Assembly (NCBI GenBank): GCA_038207335.1
Contig: JBBQZX010000004.1
Span: 96,001 to 160,000 of the forward strand
Reading direction: 5' to 3'
DNA length: 64,000 nt
Source: Chthoniobacterales bacterium
GTDB taxonomy: Bacteria; Verrucomicrobiota; Verrucomicrobiia; Chthoniobacterales; Chthoniobacteraceae
Positions 29,116 to 38,643 of this stretch are shown one piece after another. A program made the translations under genes and the position numbers. Position 1 is the stretch's first letter. Each line of letters opens with the position of its first letter. Below the pieces are notes generated by a model. The model was not told the origin of the DNA, made no database searches, and saw only the letters and a program-made list of their open reading frames with translations.

Positions 29116-30033
29116 ATGGCTAAAGCTGCACTTGGCAAAGGACTCAGCGCGCTGCTCAGCGCCCGGCCCGCCTCTCCGATCGTCTCCCCGACTCCCGCAG
29201 TGGAGCAGGGCGAACGCGTGCAACTCGTCGGGCTCGCGCAGATCGTACCGACGCCGCTGCAACCGCGCTCGGTGTTCCGCGATGAGAATTTGCAGGAGCT
29301 GGTGGACTCGATCAAAGAACGCGGGATCATCCAGCCGCTCATCGTGCGGCGGCGCGGCGATAAATATGAGCTGATTGCAGGCGAACGACGGTGGCGGGCT
29401 TCGCAGCGCGCGGGGCTGAAGGACGCGCCGGTGATCGTGCGCGAGGCGTCCGATCAGGAGGTGTTGGAGCTGGCGCTGATCGAGAACATGCAGCGCGAAG
29501 ACCTCAACGCGATCGAGGAGGCAAAGGCGTTTTCGAGATTGGCGAAGGAGTTCGGGCTGAAGCAGGAGGACATCGCGCAGAAGGTGGGCAAGAGCCGGGC
29601 GTCGATCGCTAATAGCATGAGGCTGCTCGATCTAAACGAGCAGGTGCAGAGCTGGCTGACGCAGGGACGCGTGTCGGTCGGTCATGCGAAAGTGTTGCTC
29701 TCGATCAAATCGACGGACGACCAACTCCGGCTCGCGGATGAGATCATCCGGCGTGCGCTGACGGTGCGGGCGGCGGAGAAATTGGTGGCGGACCACTTCA
29801 CGCAAAATGGCGAAACGAAGCCAACGCGCGGGAGTACCTCGACCGCCTCACACGCGCCGGCGTCGCTTTCACCCGCGCTGCAGCATGTGCAGAATCGGCT
29901 CCAGCAGCATCTCGCCACGCATGTCTCGCTGCACCACAACGAGAAGCGCGGGCGCATCGACATCGAGTATTACGGGAGCGACGACTTGAATCGCCTCCTT
30001 GCCGTGCTGGGCCTCGCGACGGAAGAAATCTGA
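29116..30033 (+). CDS. parB: Chromosome partitioning protein ParB/Spo0J
   Basis: LGKGLSAL N-terminus, QPR, GIIQP, IAGERRWRA, ENMQREDLNAIEEA, HTH region. Confidence 0.95.
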   Translation: MAKAALGKGLSALLSARPASPIVSPTPAVEQGERVQLVGLAQIVPTPLQPRSVFRDENLQELVDSIKERGIIQPLIVRRRGDKYELIAGERRWRASQRAGLKDAPVIVREASDQEVLELALIENMQREDLNAIEEAKAFSRLAKEFGLKQEDIAQKVGKSRASIANSMRLLDLNEQVQSWLTQGRVSVGHAKVLLSIKSTDDQLRLADEIIRRALTVRAAEKLVADHFTQNGETKPTRGSTSTASHAPASLSPALQHVQNRLQQHLATHVSLHHNEKRGRIDIEYYGSDDLNRLLAVLGLATEEI

Positions 30034-31077
30034 GTGAGCCTGCGTCCTCGGAATTCTGTATTCATCGGCATCGCCGGGCTGCAGCTGCTCGCGCTGGCGT
30101 CGTGCAAACGGAGCCAGCCGGAGCCTCCGTCGGCACCTGTTCTCGCGGAATCGGGTGTCGCCGCGGAGCCCGACCAGACCGCGCCGAAAGTCGGAGTGCC
30201 GATCCCGCAACCGCGAAGCACGACGCCCCCGCCGACGGAAATCTGGAAGGAGTTTTCAGGCGACAATGCTTTCGACGAAGTGCGGAAACAAGTCGGGGTG
30301 GGACCGCGCCCGTCCGGCTCCGCGGAGCTTGAAAGCGCGCGGAAGCTGATTACAACGGCTCTCGCGGCGCATGGGTGGGATGTGGAACTCCAGCCTTTCA
30401 CAGACGAGACGCCGCGCGGCCCGGTGAAATTCGTCAACGTCATCGCGCGATTTTCGGCAACCACCGCGCGTCCCGCACCGACGAACACGCAGCGCACGAT
30501 TGTCTGCTCGCACTACGACACGAAGCGCTTCAGCACGATCCAATTCGTCGGCGCGAGTGATGGCGCATCGAGCACCGGCGCGTTGCTGGAACTCGCGCGC
30601 GTTCTCGCGCTCGACCCGGCGCTCGCGGCGAAAGTGGAGCTCGTGTTCTTCGACGGCGAGGAGGCGTTCGTGCAGTTCGACGAAAAGGACGGGCTCTACG
30701 GGAGCCGTTTTTATGCGCGCGCGCTGCACGAATCGCACCGCGCGGGGCAGTTCAAATTTGGCATCCTGTGGGACATGATCGGCGACAAAGACCTGACGAT
30801 CACGCTATCGCCCGACTCACCTCAGCCGCTCACGAAGCAGCTCCTCGCCACTGCCGACGCGCTCGGGCTGCGCTCGTATTTCGGATACCACTCGCTGCCG
30901 ATTTACGACGACCACATCCCGCTCATTCAGGCGAAAATCCCGACGGTGGACATCATTGATTTCGACTACCTCCCATGGCATTCCGCCGACGACAAGCTCG
31001 ACAAACTCAGCCCAGAAAGCCTTCAGAAAATCGGCGCAGTCACGCTCCGCTTCCTCTACGACACGCTGGGAAAATAG
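30034..31077 (+). CDS. M28 family metallopeptidase / glutaminyl-cyclase-like lipoprotein
   Basis: Lipobox LALASC; SHYDTK, GASDGASS, FFDGEEA, DDHIP, WHSADD. Confidence 0.85.
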   Translation: MSLRPRNSVFIGIAGLQLLALASCKRSQPEPPSAPVLAESGVAAEPDQTAPKVGVPIPQPRSTTPPPTEIWKEFSGDNAFDEVRKQVGVGPRPSGSAELESARKLITTALAAHGWDVELQPFTDETPRGPVKFVNVIARFSATTARPAPTNTQRTIVCSHYDTKRFSTIQFVGASDGASSTGALLELARVLALDPALAAKVELVFFDGEEAFVQFDEKDGLYGSRFYARALHESHRAGQFKFGILWDMIGDKDLTITLSPDSPQPLTKQLLATADALGLRSYFGYHSLPIYDDHIPLIQAKIPTVDIIDFDYLPWHSADDKLDKLSPESLQKIGAVTLRFLYDTLGK

Positions 31078-31090
31078 CGCGCCACCGGGG

Positions 31091-31642
31091 TCAGGGAAGT
31101 CGTCGGATCACACGGCACGGATTCCCCGCGGCGACGACATCACCAGGAATATCGCGCGTCACCACACTGCCCGCACCTATCACCGTGCGATCGCCGATCG
31201 TCACACCGGGACAAAGGATCGCACCGCCACCGATCCACACATCGGAGCCGATCGTGATCGGTCGCGCAGCCTCCATCCATGTCCGCCGCTCGGCTGCCGC
31301 GATGGGATGGGTCGCGGTGTAAATTTGCACCGCCGGGCCGAAAAGCACATTGCTGCCGATCACCACCGGCATCACGTCGAGCACGACGCAGTTGAAATTG
31401 AAAAACACCTTCTCCCCGAGAGTGATGTTCGTTCCGTAGTCGCAATAAAATGGTGGCTGAATCCACGCTCCAGTCTCGCGCCCGAAAAGCTCGGCGAGCA
31501 GCCGCTGCCGCAGATCGGGCTGATCTTCGCGCGTCTCATTGAGCTGCCGGCAGAGTTCACGGCAGCGCGATCTTTCAGCAGAAAGCACAGCATCGAGCGG
31601 GTCGTAAAGCTCACCCGCGAGCATCTTTTGTTTTTCAGTCAT
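31091..31642 (-). CDS. maa: Sugar O-acetyltransferase (maltose acetyltransferase family)
   Basis: EKQKMLAGELY, PFYCDYG, hexapeptide repeats, GNPCRV. Confidence 0.9.
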   Translation of the reverse strand: MTEKQKMLAGELYDPLDAVLSAERSRCRELCRQLNETREDQPDLRQRLLAELFGRETGAWIQPPFYCDYGTNITLGEKVFFNFNCVVLDVMPVVIGSNVLFGPAVQIYTATHPIAAAERRTWMEAARPITIGSDVWIGGGAILCPGVTIGDRTVIGAGSVVTRDIPGDVVAAGNPCRVIRRLP

Positions 31643-31656
31643 CGTGTCGGCTTGGC

Positions 31657-33336
31657 TCAATTCTTCTTCTCGTCGAGATCGAGCACGAGCAGCGACACAG
31701 CCTGCCGCGGGAGTGAAAATCGCACCGTCGCAGTGCCTTCAGCCACTTCGAGATTCTGAGATGGCGCGAGCGATTCGAGGTGACCGGCGCGCTCGAGTTC
31801 GGCGAATTGCTCGGGCGTCGGAGATGCCGGCGAGCCGAGGCGTTTCCATACCTCGAACGAATTGCTGTGTGCCGCGTCGATGCGGAAATGCGTGAGCCGA
31901 ACGGCTCGATTTTCAAACGGCAGACCCGCGACTCGCAGCTCGATCTCGGCATCAGGACCGGCGATGTCGTCGTCGTGATAATGCCACGCCAGCACGCACA
32001 ATCGCGTGCCGTCGAGACTCGCGAGCGCGGAGACATCGGGCTTCGCGCGGATGCCGGATTTCAGGATGTCCTCGAGCGGGATCGCGCCGTCACTTTCCAC
32101 TCCGACTCGCTGCCCGCCCATGCGACTGAACATGCGAAAAACATTCAGCACCGGGAGATCGATGCCGCCCGTCGCAAGCTGGCGGAAGCCCGCAAATAGC
32201 GGCTGATCTTCAAACGTGAACGCCCATGTCAGCGCGCCTTCGAGATTCACGCCGCGCCGCGCCGCGAGGTCGTGCGCACGGGCAAAACTCGCAGCGGTAT
32301 AGCTCGAATACATCGTCGTATTCCGGTATCCGAGTTGCGGCCCCTGGCACGCCGCGCAGCCGTCTGGGTCGGACTCCCCGATCACGATCGGCTTGTCCTT
32401 GAATGCTGGAAATCCGGCGATGACGCGGAACGCGCCGTCCATGTCGCGGAGCTGATTCGAGATGCCCATCTGCACATGCCCATCGACGAATCGCGGCTGC
32501 CCTTTTGCGTGAAACGAGATGAAATCTACGGGCGTCCCCGCGTCGAGGCAGTGCTGGAGAAAGTCGCCGAGGAACTTGCCGCCCGCGCCTCCCGCGACAT
32601 CCGGCCCGCCGACTTTCGCCGCGGGCAACGCGCGCCGGACGGCAGCGATCGCGCGATCGTGAAGCTCGTAAAACTGCTCCCGCGTGCCGCGCCAGTAACC
32701 GATGTTGGGCTCGTTCCAAGTCTCCCAATCCCAGCGCGCGACCTCCTCTGCACCGTACCGCTCGACGCAGTGGCGCGCCCATTGGAAGACCAGTTCCTCC
32801 CACTTCGCGAAGTCCTTCGGCGGATACGCCCATCCAGTGTAAATCTCGTCGTATTTCGCCTGCGGAGTCCAGTGGTGGCGATACGGCTCGGGCTTCACCG
32901 ACAGCGCCTCTGGCATGAAGCCGATCTGCGCGTAAGGCCGCACGCCACTCGCGAGATATGCGTCGAAAATCGCATCGACGATCCGCCAATCGTAAATCGC
33001 CCGGCCTGTCGCGTCCTCCGTGTAGGCATTCGTGCTACCCCATTTCAAAGCCGGAGCTCCATCGCCCGACGTGAGCAAATTATGCGTGCGAAAAAACACC
33101 TCGCCGGGCCGCAACTCACCTAATTCACGCAACAGCTTAGCGCCGTTTTTCATCGTCGCGTAGTTTGGCTCATCCGCGCCGAAATATCGCCAAATCGGCT
33201 TCAGCCCGCCGAGCCCACGCGCCGCATCCACGCGAATTGCGACGCGGAAGGCCGTGGGCTCGTCCGCTGCCACTGCGGAGCGCGAGCAGATCACGGACGC
33301 TGTCGCCAGAACAATTCGGGCAAAGTGGTGTTTCAT
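31657..33336 (-). CDS. Secreted GH39 beta-xylosidase
   Basis: FGADEPNY, RTHNLL, LKWGSTN, WETWNEP (acid/base), DFISFHAKG, IGESDP. Confidence 0.88.
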   Translation of the reverse strand: MKHHFARIVLATASVICSRSAVAADEPTAFRVAIRVDAARGLGGLKPIWRYFGADEPNYATMKNGAKLLRELGELRPGEVFFRTHNLLTSGDGAPALKWGSTNAYTEDATGRAIYDWRIVDAIFDAYLASGVRPYAQIGFMPEALSVKPEPYRHHWTPQAKYDEIYTGWAYPPKDFAKWEELVFQWARHCVERYGAEEVARWDWETWNEPNIGYWRGTREQFYELHDRAIAAVRRALPAAKVGGPDVAGGAGGKFLGDFLQHCLDAGTPVDFISFHAKGQPRFVDGHVQMGISNQLRDMDGAFRVIAGFPAFKDKPIVIGESDPDGCAACQGPQLGYRNTTMYSSYTAASFARAHDLAARRGVNLEGALTWAFTFEDQPLFAGFRQLATGGIDLPVLNVFRMFSRMGGQRVGVESDGAIPLEDILKSGIRAKPDVSALASLDGTRLCVLAWHYHDDDIAGPDAEIELRVAGLPFENRAVRLTHFRIDAAHSNSFEVWKRLGSPASPTPEQFAELERAGHLESLAPSQNLEVAEGTATVRFSLPRQAVSLLVLDLDEKKN

Positions 33337-33504
33337 CGAGACAGAGAATGCGGGACGCGATCGATGGGCCACAACTTCCGAGATGCCATTTGTGAAGGCG
33401 CGATTTTCGCCCGATCAAGACCGCATCGACGTTTTGAGCCGAAGTGCTTGTAGCCGCTCACCGGTCGCCCTTATTTCTCGCACCTCCTAATCTCACAAAT
33501 CCTC

Positions 33505-33948
33505 ATGGCTGAATTCATCTCGATCGCTTCCTTCAACACCCGCCCGCCCGCGGAAAAACTCGCCGAGCAGCTTCGCGAAGCCGGCTTCGCCTCCGAGGTC
33601 TTCGACGAGTCACACGAGCAAAAATGGCAGCTCTTCCAGCTCGATCCCCACGCACATCTGCGAGTGCGCGTCCCTGAGCCCGAACTCCAAAAAGCGACCG
33701 AGCAGCTCCACGCATGGGAAGGCTCCGACACCACGCTCGCGCAGGCCGTGCATTGCCCAAGTTGCAATTCCACCCGCGTCGAGTACCCGCAATTCTCCCG
33801 GCGCACTCTCATCGGCGCGCTCCCCGCGATCGCCGCATCCGCAGGGCTCATCGAGCAGAATTATTTCTGCGAGTCGTGCAACTTCACCTGGCGCGCAGAG
33901 CCTGCGAAGCCCGATGTTGATCGCGACGCGCTGAATTGGAAAAAGTAG
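33505..33948 (+). CDS. DUF2007-like domain plus zinc-ribbon protein
   Basis: N-terminal AEKLAEQLREAG...LRVRVP; C-terminal CPSC...CESC flanking a hydrophobic stretch. Confidence 0.65.
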   Translation: MAEFISIASFNTRPPAEKLAEQLREAGFASEVFDESHEQKWQLFQLDPHAHLRVRVPEPELQKATEQLHAWEGSDTTLAQAVHCPSCNSTRVEYPQFSRRTLIGALPAIAASAGLIEQNYFCESCNFTWRAEPAKPDVDRDALNWKK

Positions 33949-33994
33949 CCTACCGAGGGGGCGGGCGGCTTCGCTCTTTGTGAAAAACGCGTTA

Positions 33995-34023
33995 TTGACG
34001 CCGCGGCGCCTCGCTCCTAGCCT
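33995..34023 (+). promoter_or_regulatory. Probable sigma70 promoter of rpsU
   Basis: TTGACG-N17-TAGCCT, with an AT-rich upstream tract, 37 nt before the rpsU ATG. Confidence 0.6.
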
Positions 34024-34060
34024 TCGCACCCTCTAAACCACAATTTTAACCGAACCACAC

Positions 34061-34261
34061 ATGCCTGAAGTCATCGTCCGCAAAGGGGAGCCAATCGACC
34101 GCGCTCTCAAACGCCTTAAGGGAAAACTCGAATCCGAGGGAATCATGGAGGAAGTCCGTCGCCTCCGCGCCTTCGAGACGCCCACGCAGAAGTCCAAGCG
34201 CAAGGCCAAATCGAACGCCAAGCGCGCAAAGGCGAAAATGCGTTTCCACACCGCCGCGTAA
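34061..34261 (+). CDS. rpsU: 30S ribosomal protein S21
   Basis: MPEVIVRKGEPIDRALKRLK...EEVRRLRAFETP, 66 aa and basic. Confidence 0.95.
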   Translation: MPEVIVRKGEPIDRALKRLKGKLESEGIMEEVRRLRAFETPTQKSKRKAKSNAKRAKAKMRFHTAA

Positions 34262-34285
34262 CCCGCAGCGCGAAACCTTTCCAAG

Positions 34286-34322
34286 CAGCCAGCCCGCGAA
34301 ATCGGGCTGGCTGTTTTTGTTT
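34286..34322 (+). terminator. Intrinsic terminator after rpsU
   Basis: Perfect 11-bp stem CAGCCAGCCCG/CGGGCTGGCTG followed by TTTTTGTTT. Confidence 0.85.
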
Positions 34323-34381
34323 CCCACGCCAGCGTTTTTGCTTCGCAAGAAATCGCGCACTTTCGTCCTTCTCCCATTTTC

Positions 34382-36097
34382 ATGACTTCTGAACCCACCG
34401 CATCGCCCGAGCCCTCCGACTTCATACGCGACATCGTCGCCGCCGACCTCGAGGCGGGAAAATTCGCGCAAGTGGTCACTCGTTTCCCGCCCGAACCGAA
34501 CGGCTACCTCCACATCGGACACGCGAAATCGATCTGCCTGAACTTTGGGATCGCGCGCGAATTTGGCGGCATCTGCAACCTGCGGATGGACGACACAAAC
34601 CCGACAAAAGAGGAGGTCGAATACGTCGAGTCTATCATTGCGGATGTGAATTGGCTGATCGGCGGATGGGCCGATCGGGTTCTCCGATTTCAGACCGCGA
34701 AGGAGCCATTCTACGCAAGCAACTATTTCCAGCAGCTCTACGACTATGCCGTCGAGCTCATCTGCACAGGCAGGGCATACGTCTGCGATCTCTCGCCGGA
34801 AGAAACCGACCGGTATCGCGGCGCGCCGGATCGTGCTGGCATACCCAGCCCATTCCGTGAGCGCTCGATCGAGGAAAGTCTCGACCTTTTCTCCCGGATG
34901 AAAGCCGGCGAATTTCCGAACGGCGCGCGCACGCTCCGCGCAAAAATCGATATGACCTCGCCAAATGTCTGGTTGCGCGATCCCCTGCTCTACCGCATCC
35001 GTCACGCCGAGCATCACCACACCGGCGGCGCGTGGTGCATCTACCCGATGTACGATTTCGCGCACTGCCTCAGCGACTCGATCGAGGGGGTCACGCACTC
35101 GATTTGCACGCTGGAATTCGAGGTGCATCGCCCGCTCTACGACTGGCTGCTCGACGCGCTCCCTGTGCCGCAGCCGCGACCGCATCAGCACGAATTCGCA
35201 CGGCTCAATCTGAGCTACACCGTGATGAGCAAGCGCAAGCTCATGCAGCTCGTGAAAGAGCGGCTCGTCACCGGCTGGGACGATCCGCGGATGCCGACGA
35301 TCTCCGGCCTGCGCCGCCGCGGAGTGCCCGCGGAAGCGCTGCGAAATTTCGCGTACCACATCGGCGTGACGAAATACAACGGACTCACCGACGTCGCCGT
35401 GCTCGAGCACGCGATCCGCTCGGAACTCAATGCCAAAGCCCATCGCCGGCTCGCCGTGCTGCATCCGGTGAAGGTCGTCATCACCAATCTGCCTGCCGAT
35501 CATTCCGAGGAAATCGAAGCGCCAAATCATCCCGCCGACCCCGCCGCCGGCACGCGCACGCTCCATTTCGGACGCCAGCTTTTCATCGAAAGCGACGACT
35601 TCATGGAGGTGCCCGCACCGAAATATTTCCGCCTGAAACCCGGCGGGGAAGTGCGGCTGAAATACGCATACATCATCAAGTGCGACGAAGTGGTAAAAGA
35701 CACCGACGGCCACATCGTCGAGCTGCGCTGCACCGCCGATCTCGACTCGAAGAGCGGCGGCGCGACCGCGAGCCGCAAAGTCAAAGGTACGATCCACTGG
35801 GTCAGTGCCGCGCACGCCATCGACGCCGAAGTGCGACTCTACGACCGCCTCTTCACCGAAGCCGAACCCGACGCAGAAGGCCGCGACTTCAAGGAATTCC
35901 TGAACCCGCGCTCCCGCGAAATCATCATCGCAAAACTCGAGCCATCCCTCGCCGACGTCGCCCCAGAAGCTCGTTTCCAATTTGAGCGTCTCGGCTATTT
36001 CTGCCTCGACGCGGACTCCAGCGGGAGCGCGCGACCGATCTTCAACCGCACGATCACGCTCAAAGACGCGTGGGCCAAAGAGCCGCCTCGCGGATAA
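34382..36097 (+). CDS. glnS: Glutamine--tRNA ligase
   Basis: TRFPPEPNGYLHIGH, MSKRKL, WDDPRMPT, VKGTIHWVS, QFERLGYF. Confidence 0.97.
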   Translation: MTSEPTASPEPSDFIRDIVAADLEAGKFAQVVTRFPPEPNGYLHIGHAKSICLNFGIAREFGGICNLRMDDTNPTKEEVEYVESIIADVNWLIGGWADRVLRFQTAKEPFYASNYFQQLYDYAVELICTGRAYVCDLSPEETDRYRGAPDRAGIPSPFRERSIEESLDLFSRMKAGEFPNGARTLRAKIDMTSPNVWLRDPLLYRIRHAEHHHTGGAWCIYPMYDFAHCLSDSIEGVTHSICTLEFEVHRPLYDWLLDALPVPQPRPHQHEFARLNLSYTVMSKRKLMQLVKERLVTGWDDPRMPTISGLRRRGVPAEALRNFAYHIGVTKYNGLTDVAVLEHAIRSELNAKAHRRLAVLHPVKVVITNLPADHSEEIEAPNHPADPAAGTRTLHFGRQLFIESDDFMEVPAPKYFRLKPGGEVRLKYAYIIKCDEVVKDTDGHIVELRCTADLDSKSGGATASRKVKGTIHWVSAAHAIDAEVRLYDRLFTEAEPDAEGRDFKEFLNPRSREIIIAKLEPSLADVAPEARFQFERLGYFCLDADSSGSARPIFNRTITLKDAWAKEPPRG

Positions 36098-36254
36098 ACA
36101 TTCACCGCGCGACCTCTATCCGCGAACCAAGCCCACGGCTCGGCCTCAGCGTTATGAGGAGCACAGTGTCAGCTTTTGGGGCAGAGAGCGACTTGTAGGC
36201 GCCTCCAGCAAGCGCCTGGCTTGACTCACTCGCCGATTCTCGCAGAGTTCGTGC

Positions 36255-36462
36255 ATGCTTCTCACCGCCGTTTTGATTCCGGCCATCGAGGGCGGTTTCG
36301 TCGCACTCAACCCAGAAACGGACACCACGACTCATGGTGAGTCTGTGTCCGAAGCAATCGGCAACCTCCGAGAAGCTACCGAACTTTATCTGGAGGAGTT
36401 TCCTCTCGAGGAGACCGGCCAGGCACTGCGGACGACCTTCGAGGTTGCGGCCCCATGCCTAG
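36255..36462 (+). pseudogene. hicB: HicB-family antitoxin, frameshifted just before its normal stop
   Basis: EGGFVALNPETDTTTHGESVSEAIGNLREATELYLEE; removing one C from CCCCATGCCTAG restores ...EVAAHA* overlapping the hicA ATG. Confidence 0.7.
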
Positions 36463-36669
36463 ACTTCCGCGCATCTCGGGATCAGAGGCTGTGCGCGCAA
36501 TACGAGGGCTCGGATTCGAGATCGCACGACAGCGAGGAAGTCACATCGTCATGCGGCGGGGATCGTCTGGTTGCGTGATCCCGGATCATCGCGAACTGAA
36601 GGGTGGCACGATTGCTGGCCACTTCGCCAAGCGGGTGTCTCCGTTGAGGAGTTCGTCGCCGCACTCTGA
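36455..36669 (+). pseudogene. hicA: HicA-family mRNA interferase toxin, frameshifted
   Basis: MPRLPRISG...GFEIARQRGSHIVM...IPDHRELKGGT; the expected C-terminus LRQAGVSVEEFVAAL* is in another frame after ~36620. Confidence 0.8.
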
Positions 36670-36747
36670 ACCTGAACCGCCTCGTTTCCGACCGCGCTCG
36701 AAATGCCAATCAAAGGCGACAAACATCGTTTCGGACGCGTCTCCGCA

Positions 36748-38016
36748 ATGAATTGGCCAAAAAAAAATTCCGTTACTGCAATCCTTGCCATCGCACTTTT
36801 ATTCGGGATCGCCGGTGGCATACGCGCCGCGATGCCTGCATTTCAGCAGATCGACCTCCCGCCGCACAGCTACCGCGACCGCACGCCGACCGACGCATTC
36901 ACGCGTCTCACTGCCGATCTCGAATCCGGCCGCATCCCCCTCAATTCCAGCAGCGAAAAAGCATTCGTTACGAGCCTCCTGAACGCCCTCGGCGTGCCGG
37001 TCAGCTCGCAGATGCTTGTCTTTTCCACCACGAGCCTGCAACTCCGCCTCATCACGCCCGCCAATCCTCGCGCACTCTACTTTTCCGAGGAAATGTATGT
37101 CGGCTACGTCCCCGGCGGCCGCATCGAGATCGAGGCGCTCGACCCGGAACTCGGTGGTATTTTCCACATCTTCGACATCCCCGCTCCCGGCGAAAAAATC
37201 CGCGTCGAGCGATCCGAGCGCTGCATGAATTGCCACGCGAGCGCCGAGAATCAGCGCGTCCCTGGGCTGCTCTTGAAGTCGGTGATCCCCGGCCCGCGCG
37301 GCGGCAGCCTCACTGCATTTCGGCTCGATCAAATCGGTCACGGCGTCCCGTTCGCCCAGCGCCTCGGCGGCTGGTACGTTACTGGCACGCACGGCATCGC
37401 GGATCATTTGGGAAACACGTTTGGCGACCTCTCCCCGCGCGGCCTCACCAAGCATCCGATCGAGCCGGGCCGCTTGTTCGAATTCGCAAAATACCCCGCG
37501 CCGACCAGCGACATCCTGCCGGAGCTGCTCCTCGAGCATCAGGCCGGATTCATTAACCGCGTCGTCGAAGCATCCTACCGCGCCCGCACCATCGGTTTCG
37601 CCAGCGGCGAGAATCTCACGTCCGAGCAATCGAGCGAACTCGACGAGCAGGCACGCATCCTCACGCGCTATGTGCTCTTCGCCGACGAGGCGCCCCTGAC
37701 CGCTGGCGGCGTCGAAGGCGACGCTAACTTCAAATCCGACTTCCTGCAAAACCGCCGCAAATCGACCGCCGGCTTCTCGCTGAAGGACTTCGATCTCCGC
37801 ACGCGCCTCTTCCGCCACCGATGCAGCTACATGATCTACACCGCGCCATTTCAAAAGCTCCCGGCGCCACTGAAACAGCGCATCTTCACCCGCCTCGCCA
37901 TCGCGCTCGACACCGCAAAACCCGCGCCCGAATTCGCCTACCTGCCCCCCGCCGAAAAGCACTCCATCGCCGAGATCCTCCGCGAGACACTCCCCGACCT
38001 GCCGCCGGGATGGTAA
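36748..38016 (+). CDS. Conserved secreted hypothetical protein with one CxxCH motif
   Basis: Signal peptide; SQMLVFSTTSLQ, NPRALYF, CMNCH, GGWYVTG, SLKDFDLRTRLF, CSYMIY. Confidence 0.75.
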   Translation: MNWPKKNSVTAILAIALLFGIAGGIRAAMPAFQQIDLPPHSYRDRTPTDAFTRLTADLESGRIPLNSSSEKAFVTSLLNALGVPVSSQMLVFSTTSLQLRLITPANPRALYFSEEMYVGYVPGGRIEIEALDPELGGIFHIFDIPAPGEKIRVERSERCMNCHASAENQRVPGLLLKSVIPGPRGGSLTAFRLDQIGHGVPFAQRLGGWYVTGTHGIADHLGNTFGDLSPRGLTKHPIEPGRLFEFAKYPAPTSDILPELLLEHQAGFINRVVEASYRARTIGFASGENLTSEQSSELDEQARILTRYVLFADEAPLTAGGVEGDANFKSDFLQNRRKSTAGFSLKDFDLRTRLFRHRCSYMIYTAPFQKLPAPLKQRIFTRLAIALDTAKPAPEFAYLPPAEKHSIAEILRETLPDLPPGW

Positions 38017-38057
38017 AAAAACGGGCGCTCCCGCCAGTAGCAGGAGCGCCCGAAAAT
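38015..38057. terminator. Terminator hairpin between convergent genes (U-tract on the minus strand)
   Basis: A-tract then CGGGCGCTCC...GGAGCGCCCG stem. Confidence 0.7.
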
Positions 38058-38070
38058 CAAGCTGCGCGGC

Positions 38071-38457
38071 TTACTTGCCCGCTTCCATCTTCTCCCCCGC
38101 GTCCTTCCATCCGGAGATGCCCGCGGAGAGATGCTTCACGTTTGTGTAGCCAAGTTCCGACGCCTTTTTCGCCGCAGCCGCATACGCGCCGCACGTCGGT
38201 CCGCCGCAATACGCGACAACAAGCGCGCCTTTATCTTCCGGAAGCACCGTCGCAAGTTCGGCTTTGTTTTTGACGAAATCGATCGCCGTTGGGATGTGCC
38301 CGTCGCGATACGATTCGCTGCCATTGACATCGATGACCGTGACTTTTTTCGCCGCGATCGCCGACTTCAACTCAGTGATGCTGATGTCGGGATATTCACC
38401 GGCGTAAGCCCCAACCGCGAGGACGGCAGACGCGAGGATTGTGAGGAATTTTTTCAT
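38071..38457 (-). CDS. Exported rhodanese-like domain protein
   Basis: Signal peptide MKKFLTILASAVLAVGAYA; IDVN, GHIPTAI, YCGGPTC, LSAGISGW. Confidence 0.88.
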   Translation of the reverse strand: MKKFLTILASAVLAVGAYAGEYPDISITELKSAIAAKKVTVIDVNGSESYRDGHIPTAIDFVKNKAELATVLPEDKGALVVAYCGGPTCGAYAAAAKKASELGYTNVKHLSAGISGWKDAGEKMEAGK

Positions 38458-38643
38458 TCTGTGTTTTGGTTTGATGGGTGTTGGTTTTTGAGAGCCTCGA
38501 CCGCGGAGCGAGCGTGTTGCTTGCTCCGCGGTCATTGCTGGGCTGGCAAGATAGCCTGATCTGCGCACCGCACAATTCACAACTTCACGCGCCTACGTTC
38601 CCGCTTGTCGGCTCCGCCCGCGCCCGCGACGCTCCCGCACTCC

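Noticed and set aside
34046..35980. 644-aa minus-strand ORF
   Set aside because: Antisense shadow of glnS and rpsU
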